Positions 19,965-30,404 are shown, counted from the stretch's first letter. The stretch is DNA of 64,000 nt from Vicinamibacteria bacterium (GCA_963555995.3 OY821641.1:448001-512000), one strand, 5' to 3'. Notes: a model not told the origin generated them from the sequence alone. Numbers and translations are program-made.

Positions 19965-20385
19965 GCCGAGCCCAGCAGGAACCCGTTCCTCATCGCCCGC
20001 TGGAGGTTCCGCTCCTGGATGGCCGGGCCGATGGCAAGCTGGCTGTTCGCGAGCGCGATCAGCGCGAAGAACACGAGCAGCCCGACCATCTCGACCCCGC
20101 CCCACGTCTCCATGGGCTTCCCGAAGCTCCAGTCGTTGCCGCTGGCCTCGTGCAGGCTGGCGTACATCGCCACTGCCGGCGGCGACATGTTCCACGCCAC
20201 GTCAATGACCAGGTACACGACGAACGCCGCGAGGAACCGGGTGAACTTGCTCATGGAAACGACCCCCGTGCGAAGTGGGAAACTGGCTTGGGGAGTCCCG
20301 TCGCGGCACGCTCCACGACCGGCCGCGCTTCCTCCCCGCCGCCCCGATTGTAGGCGAGCCCCGGACGAAATCCGCGCCGGTCCGG

Positions 20386-21543
20386 TCAGGCGAGGAGGGA
20401 GTCGTTCCAGAGTTCGTCGAGAAAACTCCGCACCGGCAGGATCTCGATCCCGTCGTCCGTCCGCAGCGGAACCGACTCCAGGCACACCACGATCCGCCGC
20501 TGCAGTTCCGGGTGGTCCTTCGTGAGCGTCCGCAGTCCCTTCAGATGCCGCGAGCCGATCCGCGCCGCTCCCTTCGCCTCGATGGCGATCCGCATGTCGC
20601 CGACGATGAAGTCCACTTCCGTTCCTCCGGTGAGACGCCAGTAGGAGAGTCGCTCCATGGACCGCCGATAGCTGAGGTAGGCGCCGATTTCGTGGAAGAG
20701 CCAGTTCTCGAACGCCTTGCCGAAGAGTTCGGACCCCGGGCGAAGCTCTCCCCGCCGCGCGAGCCGGTTCACCACCCCCACATCGGCGAAGTAGAACTTG
20801 GGGGCGTGGATGACCCGGCGCTTCGGCCGTTTTCGCCAGGCGGGCAGCCAGCGGCCGAGCAGTGTGTCCTCGAGAATCCCGTAGTAGGCCCTTGCGGTCT
20901 GGCTGCTGACGCCGCAGTCCTGCGCCACGTTCGAGAAGCGGACCATCTCGGTGTCCGCGAGGGCGGCGGCCTCCAGGAAGTCCGCGAAGATCGGCAGGTT
21001 GCGGACCATACCCTCCGCCGCGATCTCCTCCTTGAGGTAGTCCGCGATATAGGACTCGATCAGATGATCCGGCTCCGGGTCGCGGTACGGCCGGGGGAGC
21101 GAGCCATGGTTGACGATGCGCTCGAGGTCGAACTCCGCCCCCAGTTCCGCCGAAGTCAGTCCCCGCAGTTCGTAACGGAGCGCGCGGCCGCCCAAGACGC
21201 TGGCCGCGCCACGGCGCACCTTGCGGGCGCTCGACGCGCAAAGGGCGAAACGAACGTGCAGGTTCTCGATCATCCAGTGCACTTCGTCAAGCAGGGCCGG
21301 AACCCTGAGGATCTCGTCCACCACGACCTGCCCGCGGAAACCCGGCCCGTGCGACTGGATGGCCAGGCGGAGGGATTCCGGCCGGGTCGCGTAGCGGCGG
21401 AACTCGTCGGCCTTGAGCAGATCCACCCACAGGGCGTCGGGATAGCTCTGCCGCAACAGGGTCGTCTTGCCGACCTGGCGAGGTCCCCAGAGGAAGAACG
21501 TGCGCGTGCCCGGAGGGGGCAGTTTCAGCCGTCTGGGGAACAC
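20386..21543 (-). CDS. AAA_14 ATPase with DUF4143 C-terminal (PD-(D/E)xK-like) domain
   Basis: GPRQVGKT Walker A, VVDEI Walker B, PKFYFADVG, EVDFIV...AIEAK. Confidence 0.9.
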   Translation of the reverse strand: MFPRRLKLPPPGTRTFFLWGPRQVGKTTLLRQSYPDALWVDLLKADEFRRYATRPESLRLAIQSHGPGFRGQVVVDEILRVPALLDEVHWMIENLHVRFALCASSARKVRRGAASVLGGRALRYELRGLTSAELGAEFDLERIVNHGSLPRPYRDPEPDHLIESYIADYLKEEIAAEGMVRNLPIFADFLEAAALADTEMVRFSNVAQDCGVSSQTARAYYGILEDTLLGRWLPAWRKRPKRRVIHAPKFYFADVGVVNRLARRGELRPGSELFGKAFENWLFHEIGAYLSYRRSMERLSYWRLTGGTEVDFIVGDMRIAIEAKGAARIGSRHLKGLRTLTKDHPELQRRIVVCLESVPLRTDDGIEILPVRSFLDELWNDSLLA

Positions 21544-21659
21544 TTACTTGAAATTATCATGTTTTTTTCAAGCGGTGCTTCCGTTTGGCATGGCCGAACC
21601 AGCTCCCGATGACGGGCTAGACTTGCGAACAACACCGTCCGGGGAGGTCAACGACGCGA

Positions 21660-22046
21660 TTGGGAACCACACCCGTTCAGGTGACGATTCGGAACCCCGC
21701 CAATCTCTCCCGGAGTTGGAAGGGCCGCTTCCTGGTGGACACCGGCGCCACGGAGTCCGTCGTGCCGGCGTCCGCGCTGGCGGAAATCGGCGTGGAACCG
21801 CGCCGGCAACGGGAATATGAGCTTGCCGACGGCAGCCGGCAGCAGTTCAGCATCGCGACGGCTGAACTGGAGGTCATGGGCGAGATCGTGGGTGGGACCG
21901 TCGTGTTCGGGCCGGACGAGGCGGAGCCGCTCCTCGGTTGCACCGCGCTGGAGTCGGCGGGACTGGAGGTGGACCCCCGCAACCAGACGCTGAAGCGGCT
22001 CCCGGCGATCCCGCTGAAGGCGGGCCGTCCGGTCGCGGACGCCTGA
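21660..22046 (+). CDS. Clan AA aspartic protease (AF_0612-like)
   Basis: LVDTGAT, YELADG, PLLGCTALESAGLEVDP; GGGGAGG upstream; TTG start. Confidence 0.85.
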   Translation: MGTTPVQVTIRNPANLSRSWKGRFLVDTGATESVVPASALAEIGVEPRRQREYELADGSRQQFSIATAELEVMGEIVGGTVVFGPDEAEPLLGCTALESAGLEVDPRNQTLKRLPAIPLKAGRPVADA

Positions 22047-22061
22047 CTTCGCCGGCCGTCG

Positions 22062-22844
22062 TCAGCCGGTGGTTGTCTCGCCGTCCGACGCCGCGGGCTC
22101 CCGGACCACCACCACGGTGGCGTTGTCCTGGTAGTCGGCAGGGTTCTCCTCGATGCCGCTGAGGATCGCCTTGGCGACCGCGTCCGCGTCCTCCGCGCCC
22201 TGGTCGCCGCAGACTGCGGCGATCCCCTCTTCGCCCAGGGTCTCCACCCCGTCGGTGGCGAGGACGACGAGGTCGCCGGGTTCGAGCTCCAGCGCGCCTT
22301 CGGCCACTTTTTCGAGCGGCGTCCCCATGACGACGCTCGTCAGCATGGCCCGGTCGTAGTCCATCCGGGCCCGCGTCCAACTGATCTCGCCCCGCCGCGC
22401 CTGCTCGTCGAGCTCGGCCCCGTGGGTGTGGAGCGGGTTGACCCGCCGGACGGTTCCCGCCCGGTGGTGGAAGAGGAACGAGTCGCCCACGCTGATCCAG
22501 TCGCATCGCCTCTCGGCGAAGAGCGCCGCCACCAGGGTGGTGCCCATGCTGCGCAGCCGGGGGTTCGCTTCGATGGCCTTGCGCATCTCCCCGTTCGCCT
22601 GCGCAAGCGCCTCCCGGAGGCGTTCGCCGGGTGGGCCCGCGGTGACGGCGCACGCCGCCAGGAAGGCGTCGGAGGTGATCCGGCTCGCCTGGTCGCCGGC
22701 GGGATGCCCGCCCATGCCATCCGCCACCAGCGCGAGGAGCGTGACGCCGTGCTCGTCGGGCGGCAGGGGGCGCGTTCCCCAGGCGTCTTCCTGCCGCCTG
22801 CGGTCTCCGATGATGGCCGCTCCCGCGACGTTCCGGCCGGTCAT
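22062..22844 (-). CDS. PP2C/PPM Ser/Thr protein phosphatase
   Basis: RRRQEDA, VADGMGGH, MGTTL, SVGDS, LATDGV, QDNATVV; ATG overlaps the upstream TGA. Confidence 0.92.
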   Translation of the reverse strand: MTGRNVAGAAIIGDRRRQEDAWGTRPLPPDEHGVTLLALVADGMGGHPAGDQASRITSDAFLAACAVTAGPPGERLREALAQANGEMRKAIEANPRLRSMGTTLVAALFAERRCDWISVGDSFLFHHRAGTVRRVNPLHTHGAELDEQARRGEISWTRARMDYDRAMLTSVVMGTPLEKVAEGALELEPGDLVVLATDGVETLGEEGIAAVCGDQGAEDADAVAKAILSGIEENPADYQDNATVVVVREPAASDGETTTG

Positions 22845-24556
22845 TCGCCGCGCTTGATGACGACCCCGGCGAGCGCCCCGGTGGCCTGGCCGTCCTCGAT
22901 GGCGACCTGGCCGTTGACCAGCACCCACGGCATCCCCACCACCGGGCCGTCCGGGTTCATGATGGTCGCGTTGTCCTCCACTCGGTCATAGTCGAACGCC
23001 ACCACGTCGGCCTTGCAGCCGACCCGCAGGCAGCCGCGGTCCGTCATGCCCACGATGGCGGCCGGCAGGCTCGTCGAAGAGCGGACCATGAAGGGCAGGG
23101 TGATGAGACCGCGGTCCCGCGTGTAGTGGGCGATCTTGCGGGTGTAGCTGCCCCAGAAGCGCGGGTGCCGGCCCGGCGTCGCTTCGAGCGCGATGCCGGC
23201 GTCCGTCGAGGTCGCGGTGTAGTCCTGCGCCATGTAGGTCTCCACGTCGAACCGGTCCCCCGCGATCGGGCGGATCAGCACTCCGTGGAGCATTTCCTCG
23301 TTGCCGGTGCGGGCGAAGTCAATCAGGGTCTCGGCGACGCTCCGGCCGCTGTCCGCCGCCACCGTGGCGACCGTCTTCCCGACGAGCGAGGGATCTTCCG
23401 GGAAGAGCACGACGATCAGCCGGTCGGCGCCGCCGAAGAGATCAATCTGCTGTTCGAGGTCCTTCATCAACGCGGCGCGGATGGTCTCGTCGGCGAGGTT
23501 CGCCTCCAGGTTTGCGAGGCTCAGAAGCCCCGGCGTCCGCCGCCACTTCGGGTCGTCGAGTCCTCCGGAACGGTCGGTCCCCGGCGGGGCGAAGCCCCAC
23601 ACGGGGATCACCCCGACCGGCCCGCCGCCGAAGGTCTCGAACGGGTACTGGTCGAGGAAGACCTGGACCCCCTGCGCCCGCGCGATGTTGATCGCCTGCA
23701 CGTCCTTCGCCGAGTGCCCCCAGCTCGACGGCCCCTTCGCCTTGATGTGGGTGCCGACCACCCGGATTCCGGTCTCGCGGCCGATACGGATGGTCTCCGC
23801 CATGCCGTCGGTGCCGGTCAGGGTGGGTCCGTCCACGATGCTCGGCACCTGCCAGCGGGGCATCGGCGACTGGCTGCGCTGGTGCGAGTAGTAGAAGCCG
23901 TCGTAGTCGGCGACGACGTGGGCGAGCGCGACGATCTCGCTGGTCTCGGAGAACCGGGCCGGACGGTACTCCGGGCCCGCGCCGAGCCCCCAGGCGCCGT
24001 CCTCCATTCCCTCGCGGACCAGTTCCGCCATCCGGGCCACCTCGTCCTCGGTGGCCGGGCGCTCGTGGTCCTGCCCCATGATCTGGAGCCGAACGGTGGA
24101 ATGGCCCACCACCGGAACCACGTTCAGTCCCGTCCCGCGGCTCTCGTAGGCGGCGATCTCGTCGCGGATCGGCCAGATCGGGTTCCGCCCGTCCGCTCCC
24201 ATGACCACCGTGGTGATTCCCTGGGCGACCAGGTTCACCGCCTTCCGCTCTTCCATGTCGTCGCCGACCAGCGAGCGGTCGGCGTGGGAGTGGAGGTCCA
24301 CCCAGCCGGGGGACACATGGAGCCCGGTGACGTCAATGGTGCGGGCCGCCTCGTGCCCCTCCTTCCCGGCGAGCCGCCCGACCGCCACGACCTCGTCGCC
24401 CCGAATCCCGACATCCGCCCGGATGGCGGGGTTGCCGCTCCCGTCGAAGACCATCCCTCCGACGAGGAGCAGGTCGTAGGCAGGCTGGGCGAACCCAGGC
24501 GCGGCCAGGAGGCTCGCGACCGCCGCCAGGAACGCACTTCCGAGGACTTTCTTCAT
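22841..24556 (-). CDS. N-acyl-D-amino-acid deacylase family amidohydrolase, secreted
   Basis: Signal peptide; DGSGNP...DVGI, PGWVDLHSHAD, HPRFWGS, VLVNG. Confidence 0.88.
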   Translation of the reverse strand: MKKVLGSAFLAAVASLLAAPGFAQPAYDLLLVGGMVFDGSGNPAIRADVGIRGDEVVAVGRLAGKEGHEAARTIDVTGLHVSPGWVDLHSHADRSLVGDDMEERKAVNLVAQGITTVVMGADGRNPIWPIRDEIAAYESRGTGLNVVPVVGHSTVRLQIMGQDHERPATEDEVARMAELVREGMEDGAWGLGAGPEYRPARFSETSEIVALAHVVADYDGFYYSHQRSQSPMPRWQVPSIVDGPTLTGTDGMAETIRIGRETGIRVVGTHIKAKGPSSWGHSAKDVQAINIARAQGVQVFLDQYPFETFGGGPVGVIPVWGFAPPGTDRSGGLDDPKWRRTPGLLSLANLEANLADETIRAALMKDLEQQIDLFGGADRLIVVLFPEDPSLVGKTVATVAADSGRSVAETLIDFARTGNEEMLHGVLIRPIAGDRFDVETYMAQDYTATSTDAGIALEATPGRHPRFWGSYTRKIAHYTRDRGLITLPFMVRSSTSLPAAIVGMTDRGCLRVGCKADVVAFDYDRVEDNATIMNPDGPVVGMPWVLVNGQVAIEDGQATGALAGVVIKRGE

Positions 24557-24669
24557 GGCTTTCCTCCGCCGGGGTGGATCGTCCATCGTACCGGAGAGGA
24601 CACGCCCGCCGTCGGATCGCTGGCGCGCGACGGGCCCGTCCTCTCGGCGGCGCGTGTTCCGGGAACCTG

Positions 24670-26037
24670 TCAGGCCCTGGCCCGCCGCGCCCCCACCCCC
24701 AGGGCCAGCCCGGAACCCAGGATCAGGGCGAACGCCGCCGGAACCCCGGCCCGGGCCGGGCTGTCCGCCGGCGCCGCGGGCTCGAAGACGGGTACCTGGT
24801 CCCAGGCCACGGCGTCAATCGGCGCGGTGGCGAAGAAGTGCGGGAAGAAGTGGTCCTTGAGACGTTCGTGGAATCGGCGCACCGCTTCCTGGTAGTCGAG
24901 TTGGGCCGCAAGGTCGGTCCCGGCGAGGCGATCCAGCGCGAGCTGGGTGGCGAGGGGGGGCGCAAACAGGGACCACCGGCGAGCCCACGCATCCCGCTGG
25001 CGCAACACCTCGCGGTAGGCCCGGGAGGCATCGCGGGCGGTCTGGTCTCCCCGGTGGTTCATGGCGTAGTACCAGCCCCAGGTGAACACGTCTTCGGGAA
25101 CGTCCTGGCCGCTCCACTCGGGGTAGTCCCGGTAGAACGACTCCATCGTCGCGCTGGGAGGCAGATCCCAGGCCTCGTGGTACCCCTGGCGCTGCTGCAC
25201 CGTCAGCTCCAGCGCTTCCGGAACGGGGTGGAGCACCGCGTTGGCGAGGCTCAGCGCCGCCGGGGCCAGGATCGTCAGGACGACCCAGATCCCCGCGAGG
25301 ATCATGGCGTTCGCGGTCGACGACCGGTGTCCCAGCGCGACCCCGAGGCAGAGGGCGAACCAGAACGCCGTGTGCAGCGCGACGAGCGCGAACATCCAGC
25401 CCGCCCGGCCATCGAACCCGACGCCCGCCAGCAGCGCCCCGGCCGCCATCACCGCCGCCGCGACCGCGCCGACGAGAATCGCGCGAGAGGCGAGCTTCGC
25501 GGCCAGCAGCCTTCGCGGGGGTGCGAACAGGCGGACCAGGTTCCAGGTGCCGCCCTCCCGTTCGCCGGAGATCAGGTCGTAGGTGACCGCGATGATGAAG
25601 AGCGGCAGCAGCGCGATGAGGAGGAAGGCAAGGTCCAGATAGCCCGCCGCGGCAAGCCGCGGATTCACGGTCTCGTGCTCGTAGAGCTGCCCTTCGAGCG
25701 CCAGGAGACGGATCCGGAGGCTCTCGGTTTCCACCGCGGCCCGGCCCCGCGCCAGGGCGGAAACCGGGTGCGGGGGCTGCGGGGCGGGAAAGGCCACGTA
25801 GTAGAGCACCTCTCCCGCGTCGGTGGTCGGCGGATAGACGGAGAGCAGAAAGTCCAACTGGTCGTCGTAGGCGGTCTCGGCCGCCGTCAACGAAGACCGG
25901 GCGGCTTCCGCGTTCCGCCCGGCGCGCCACGCGCCGTAGATTCCCAGGACGAGCAGAAGAAGGATCGCGGCGGCGATCCCGGCCGACCGGGTCAACCGGC
26001 GCAGGTCCAGCGCCAGCAGTCGCGCCCAGGACCTCAC
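24670..26037 (-). CDS. ABC-2 type permease with DUF3526
   Basis: DLAFLLIALLPLFII...ISGEREGGT, LAGTD; GTG start overlapping the upstream stop. Confidence 0.85.
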   Translation of the reverse strand: MRSWARLLALDLRRLTRSAGIAAAILLLLVLGIYGAWRAGRNAEAARSSLTAAETAYDDQLDFLLSVYPPTTDAGEVLYYVAFPAPQPPHPVSALARGRAAVETESLRIRLLALEGQLYEHETVNPRLAAAGYLDLAFLLIALLPLFIIAVTYDLISGEREGGTWNLVRLFAPPRRLLAAKLASRAILVGAVAAAVMAAGALLAGVGFDGRAGWMFALVALHTAFWFALCLGVALGHRSSTANAMILAGIWVVLTILAPAALSLANAVLHPVPEALELTVQQRQGYHEAWDLPPSATMESFYRDYPEWSGQDVPEDVFTWGWYYAMNHRGDQTARDASRAYREVLRQRDAWARRWSLFAPPLATQLALDRLAGTDLAAQLDYQEAVRRFHERLKDHFFPHFFATAPIDAVAWDQVPVFEPAAPADSPARAGVPAAFALILGSGLALGVGARRARA

Positions 26038-27494
26038 GACGCCCGGTCCGTTCCGACCAGCGCCAGCCGTCTCCGCGCCAACCCGAGTCCGGTCAGCGGC
26101 AGGCCGATCCACAGCCCGAGCGCGGCCAGGGAGACGGGGCGATTAGCCAGCGCTCCACCGAGGGGCGGCGGCTCGGTCCCGAAGACGGGGAACTGCCCCC
26201 AGTGTTCGCGCGACAGCCGTTGCGCCCGGTCGTTCTCGTTCCGGATCTCGTGGATATGGAGTTCGTTGAGACGCTGGATGATCGTGTAGCGGTGCGCCTC
26301 GGCCTGAGCCAGGAACGCTTCCATCGCCTCCGGGCCGCTACCGGCGACGCCCATGGACAGGTCCCGCGCCGCCAGGTACGGGGAGAGGAATCCCGACCAC
26401 GCCATGACCCGGTTCTGGCGAAGATGACCCTCGACCAGCTCCTGCCGGTGGTCCTCGAAGACCCGACTGGTGAGTGATTCCGATTCCCGGCTGAGCACCC
26501 CCCTCCAGTTCACCGGGAGGTCCTCGACGGCGCCGACCTGGTAGCGCTCCAGGTACTCCTCCCGGAGCGCGTTGAAGAAGGGGTCGTCCGGGCGGTGGCT
26601 GTCTCCGACCTCGTTCAGCGCCTGCTCCACCTGGGCGGTGAGTTCGGCGCGCGAGGGTAGCGGATGGAGCGCCCCGGCGACGGAGGCCGCCACGCGGGGG
26701 GTGGCGACGCAGATCACCACCCACAGCGCGAGCAGTTGCGCCAGCGCGCTCCGCGAAGAGGTTCGGACGGCCGAGACCAGCACGGTCACGAGCACCCAGC
26801 CCGCGAGATAGACGGCGTAGATGGCGGCCAGGGTGCCCAGTCGCATGGCGGAAGCGGCGCTGTCCAGCCCCGGCCCGGCCGCGACGGCGACGGCCAGGGC
26901 GACCGGAAGGGTCGCCAGCGCCCCCACCGCTCCCGTGGCGAGGACCTTGCCCGCGAGGATCTGGGCGGGGGTCGCCCCCTGCGTCAGCAGAACGCCGAGG
27001 GTTCCCCCTTCCCGCTCGGCGCTCACCGCAGCGAAACCGGCCACCACCACCAGGAGCGGCAACAGCAGCGCGAGAACGCTCGCCGGCGTGAGGCGACCGA
27101 AGCGCGACATCCCGGTGGAATGACGCGCCTCGCCGAAGTTGGCGGTGTTCTGGCGATGGCCCTCCAGGAAGATCGAGGTTCCGGCGTAGTCGCTGACTCC
27201 GGGATCAACGAACTCGAACGGCGCCGCTTGGCGAAAGACGAGGAACCCGTAGTGGATGACCCGGTGCGGATGGCGTTCGGGCTGGTCCACCCACTGCTGA
27301 TCGACGATCCCCTGGTAGCGGGCGCGCTGCCCGGCCTCGTTCGTTTCGTGATGCCGGGCGCCCAGCACCGCGACCAGACCCAGGGCGACCACGAGCCCCA
27401 ACCCGAACACGACGGTGCCGTCCTGGCGAATCGCCCCCAACTGCTGCCGGGCGATGAGCAGGGTGTTGCGGAGGCCTGCCGGCGAGTTACGCAT
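26034..27494 (-). CDS. ABC-2 type permease with DUF3526 (paralog)
   Basis: QPERHPHRVIHYG, FLEGHRQN, EREGGTL, SPY...LSMGVAG; start at MRNSPAG. Confidence 0.85.
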   Translation of the reverse strand: MRNSPAGLRNTLLIARQQLGAIRQDGTVVFGLGLVVALGLVAVLGARHHETNEAGQRARYQGIVDQQWVDQPERHPHRVIHYGFLVFRQAAPFEFVDPGVSDYAGTSIFLEGHRQNTANFGEARHSTGMSRFGRLTPASVLALLLPLLVVVAGFAAVSAEREGGTLGVLLTQGATPAQILAGKVLATGAVGALATLPVALAVAVAAGPGLDSAASAMRLGTLAAIYAVYLAGWVLVTVLVSAVRTSSRSALAQLLALWVVICVATPRVAASVAGALHPLPSRAELTAQVEQALNEVGDSHRPDDPFFNALREEYLERYQVGAVEDLPVNWRGVLSRESESLTSRVFEDHRQELVEGHLRQNRVMAWSGFLSPYLAARDLSMGVAGSGPEAMEAFLAQAEAHRYTIIQRLNELHIHEIRNENDRAQRLSREHWGQFPVFGTEPPPLGGALANRPVSLAALGLWIGLPLTGLGLARRRLALVGTDRAS

Positions 27495-27773
27495 CAGTCT
27501 TCTCTTTCGGCCTGACGTGGGGGGAATGGTGGTGTTGGTGACCGCCCAACGCGCCCGGGCGGTGCGGGCCATGGCTCGTGCGGACGGAAGGATAAACGCG
27601 GTCGCATCGTTCCAACCGTCGGCGGTGGATCCGGCGTGAGCACCGGAGGCGGCACCGGGAGAAACGCCCGTGCGGGTGTCCTCCTGCGCACCCCACCGAT
27701 CACGAAAGTGGTCGTCCGGAGCGCCGGCCACGCTCCTGGCCGGCGCTGTCATCGCGACCGTCAGCGGCGAGCG

Positions 27774-30200
27774 CTAGTGGAACCGCACCGCGTAGCTCAG
27801 CCGGAACCCGCGACCCATCTCGGGGGCCCGGTCCTTGATGTACGACGTGTGGTTGCGATAGAGCTCGTTGGTGAGGTTGTAGCCCGAGAACGACAGGATG
27901 TGGGACAGGCTCTGCCGCGGCCAGACGTACGAGCCGCGCACGTTGACCACGGCATAGCTGTCGGTTTCCGTCTCGCCGCGGAACACGTCGGTCTGCCGTC
28001 CCGCAAACTCCACTTGCGGGCTCAGCGTGAACCCGCCGTAGGGGATGTCGAGTTTCACCGAGCCTCTGAGCGGCGGAATCCGCGGCAGCGCTTCATCGTT
28101 CGCTGTCAGCCGCGCGTCCACGTACCCGACGCCGAAGGTCAACCAGGTCCGTCCGACGAGACGGGCGCCGGCCTCGGCGTCGAATCCGGCGAAGCGGCTG
28201 TCGCCCTGCAGGATGTCGAACACCGGCAGGTTGTCGATGACCGCATCCCGGCGGCTGCCGAAGATGAAGTTGGCGATCTCGTACGTGAAGAAGTTCAGGT
28301 CGCCACGGGTGCGGACCCCCCGGTGCCGCAGACTCACGTCCAGTCCGAGGGTGGACTCGGCGTCGAGGTCCGGGTTGCCGATGTCGAATGAGAACGTGCC
28401 GGCGTGGGCGCCGAAGTTGTACAGCTCCTCGATGGCCGGGGCGCGGTGGGAGCGCGTCAGGTTGGCCACCAGCGCGTTGCCGGCGCCGAGATCCGCGTGG
28501 ACTCCGACCGACGTCGAGACACCCGCGAAGCTGCGGTCGCGCACGTCGGGCGCCTCGGGTCGAGGCGCCTCCTCCTCATGCCCGTGCTCCTCGTGTCCAT
28601 GCTCCTCGTGCCCGTGTTCTTCGTGCCCGTGCTCCTCTTCGTGCCCGGCTTCGCCGCCGCGCGCCGCCACGGCGTAGTCGTCGCGGTCGATCCGGGCGCC
28701 GAACTGCACGCGAAACCGCCCGAAGGTCAGTTCTTCGTAGGCGAAGGCCGCGAAGGAACTCAGATCGGTCCGCGGCGCCAGCGCCTCGGCTCCGGCCGCC
28801 TCGAAGTCCCGCACCTGCGCCCAGGCGCCGAATCTCCCCGACAGACGGTCCGTCTGCCGCTGGTCCACGTCGGCTCGGAGGATGTAGACCTGGTTGTCGT
28901 AGCGCGTGCCGACGCGCTCCTGTCCGGCTTCGGTCTCCAGCTCGTCATGTCCCCAGTCCACGACGCTCAGGCTGAGCCGTCCGCCCTCGATGACACCGTT
29001 GTCGAGGTCCCGGAGCCCGAAGTCGAAGCGCCCGGCGCGACGCTGCCAGTCGAGTTCGATATCGGTCGTGCCATGCATTTCCTCCTCGTGCTCGCCTTCG
29101 TGCTCGTCATGGTGTTCGTCTTCGTGTCCGCCATGCTCGTCTCCGTGGTCATCGTGGTGCACGTGGAACTCGCCGACGATCGGGACTCCATAGCGGCCGT
29201 CGTTCACCGTCACGCCGGCGCTGGTGAAGAACCGTTCGCCGGTCCAGCCGAGCCCGGCCTGCGCGTGGGTCGCCTCGGTCGCGGAATTCTCGACGACCCC
29301 CGCGGGCGTGTCGTAGTCCTCCGTCCGCCGCGTGCTGCCGGAGGCCCAGTAGTGGACTCCGTTCTGCTGTGCGTGCTGCACGCTGACGTTTCCGCCCGCC
29401 TGCGCGTTCGGGCTCCCCAGGTCGGCACTCAACTGCGCCCGCGTGCCTTCCGGCGGCGACGCCCGGTAGCTCTCCTGGGGCGTGATCACGTTGACGAGCC
29501 CGCCGACCGCGTTGGAGCCGTACAGCAATGTCGCCGGCCCGCGAACGATTTCGACGCGTTCCGCGCTGTTGGGGTCCACCGCGACGCCGTGGTCGCCGGA
29601 CTCGCTCGACAGGTCTCCGGTGCGGACGCCGTCCTCCAGGATCATGACCCGGTCGCCGTCGAAGCCGCGGATGATCGGCCGGTTCGCTCCGGGACCGAAG
29701 CCGCGCACGGCGATGCCGGGCTCGTTCCGCAGGGCGTCGGCGAGATTGGTGGCCGATTCCTTGGCGATATCGAACGAGTCCATGGTTGTGACCGCGTTGA
29801 ATGCCTCGAGCGCGGTCTCGGTTCCGTCCACCGAGGCGGTCACCGTCACGTCCTCGCGAACGGGTGAGAGGCTGAGTTCGAAGTCCACCGTCGCCGTCCC
29901 GCCCGGAAGGACGGTCACCGTCTGCCGTCCCGCGGTGAGGAGCTCGCGTTGCGCGAGGACATCGTAGGAGCCGGCCGGCACGCCGGCGATCGCGAACCTC
30001 CCCTGTCCGTCGGTCAGCGCGAACCTGCCCGTGCCCACGAAAAGGACGACCGCGCCGTGAACGGGGCCGTATTCCTGCAAGGTCACGGTGCCGCGGACCG
30101 CGCCGGTCTCCTGCGCCGCCACCGGCGCCGCCCCGAAGGCCGCCAGCAGACCGGCCGCCAGGAAGCGAGTCAGAAAAGAAGTGAATTTGGATCGGTACAT
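27774..30200 (-). CDS. His-rich TonB-dependent receptor (ZnuD-like metal uptake)
   Basis: FGPGANRPIIRGFDGDR, SGDHGVAVDP, RGPATLLYGSNAVGG, RAPAIEELY..G.H, RNHTSYIKD.AP; two His/Glu-rich insertions; start MYRSKF with GGGAGG RBS. Confidence 0.9.
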   Translation of the reverse strand: MYRSKFTSFLTRFLAAGLLAAFGAAPVAAQETGAVRGTVTLQEYGPVHGAVVLFVGTGRFALTDGQGRFAIAGVPAGSYDVLAQRELLTAGRQTVTVLPGGTATVDFELSLSPVREDVTVTASVDGTETALEAFNAVTTMDSFDIAKESATNLADALRNEPGIAVRGFGPGANRPIIRGFDGDRVMILEDGVRTGDLSSESGDHGVAVDPNSAERVEIVRGPATLLYGSNAVGGLVNVITPQESYRASPPEGTRAQLSADLGSPNAQAGGNVSVQHAQQNGVHYWASGSTRRTEDYDTPAGVVENSATEATHAQAGLGWTGERFFTSAGVTVNDGRYGVPIVGEFHVHHDDHGDEHGGHEDEHHDEHEGEHEEEMHGTTDIELDWQRRAGRFDFGLRDLDNGVIEGGRLSLSVVDWGHDELETEAGQERVGTRYDNQVYILRADVDQRQTDRLSGRFGAWAQVRDFEAAGAEALAPRTDLSSFAAFAYEELTFGRFRVQFGARIDRDDYAVAARGGEAGHEEEHGHEEHGHEEHGHEEHGHEEEAPRPEAPDVRDRSFAGVSTSVGVHADLGAGNALVANLTRSHRAPAIEELYNFGAHAGTFSFDIGNPDLDAESTLGLDVSLRHRGVRTRGDLNFFTYEIANFIFGSRRDAVIDNLPVFDILQGDSRFAGFDAEAGARLVGRTWLTFGVGYVDARLTANDEALPRIPPLRGSVKLDIPYGGFTLSPQVEFAGRQTDVFRGETETDSYAVVNVRGSYVWPRQSLSHILSFSGYNLTNELYRNHTSYIKDRAPEMGRGFRLSYAVRFH
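28570..28646 (-). repeat. Imperfect 15-bp tandem repeat encoding GHEEH units in the TBDR
   Basis: Protein segment GHEEEHGHEEHGHEEHGHEEHGHEEE. Confidence 0.8.
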
Positions 30201-30404
30201 GGTGGTCCTCCCGATTGCCTGCCCTCGGCAAGAGCGTTCCGGCAGTAGCCGTGCGTACCGCGGCGAACCTCGTTCTGAGGGCGTCCCGAACGGGGTCGGG
30301 AAACGCGGTGGCCGCGGGGGGACGCGCCCGGTCAGAGGACCGCCGGCGCGTGCCGGCCCGACGCCCGCCGCCTGGCGGCGGACGAGCACGGCGTTTTCTC
30401 GGAA

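Larger units (their letters stand above)
18418..20254 (-). pseudogene. DUF2177-like membrane protein gene interrupted by IS256
   Basis: Removing the IS and one target copy rejoins MSKFTRFLAAFVVYLVIDVAW...NGFLLGS|AAYATYIVPT...NWPAALIPIDILIG...RRQAT* in frame (441 nt, 146 aa). Confidence 0.85.

Noticed and set aside
27494-27703. 69-aa Pro-rich ORF whose stop overlaps the permease ATG, as a second leader peptide
   Set aside because: No CxxC/RAPP or other motif; composition is typical of a spurious GC-rich frame.
30201-30404. Riboswitch (e.g. cobalamin) upstream of the TBDR
   Set aside because: No conserved riboswitch core recognised; the upstream RAPP leader explains the region better.
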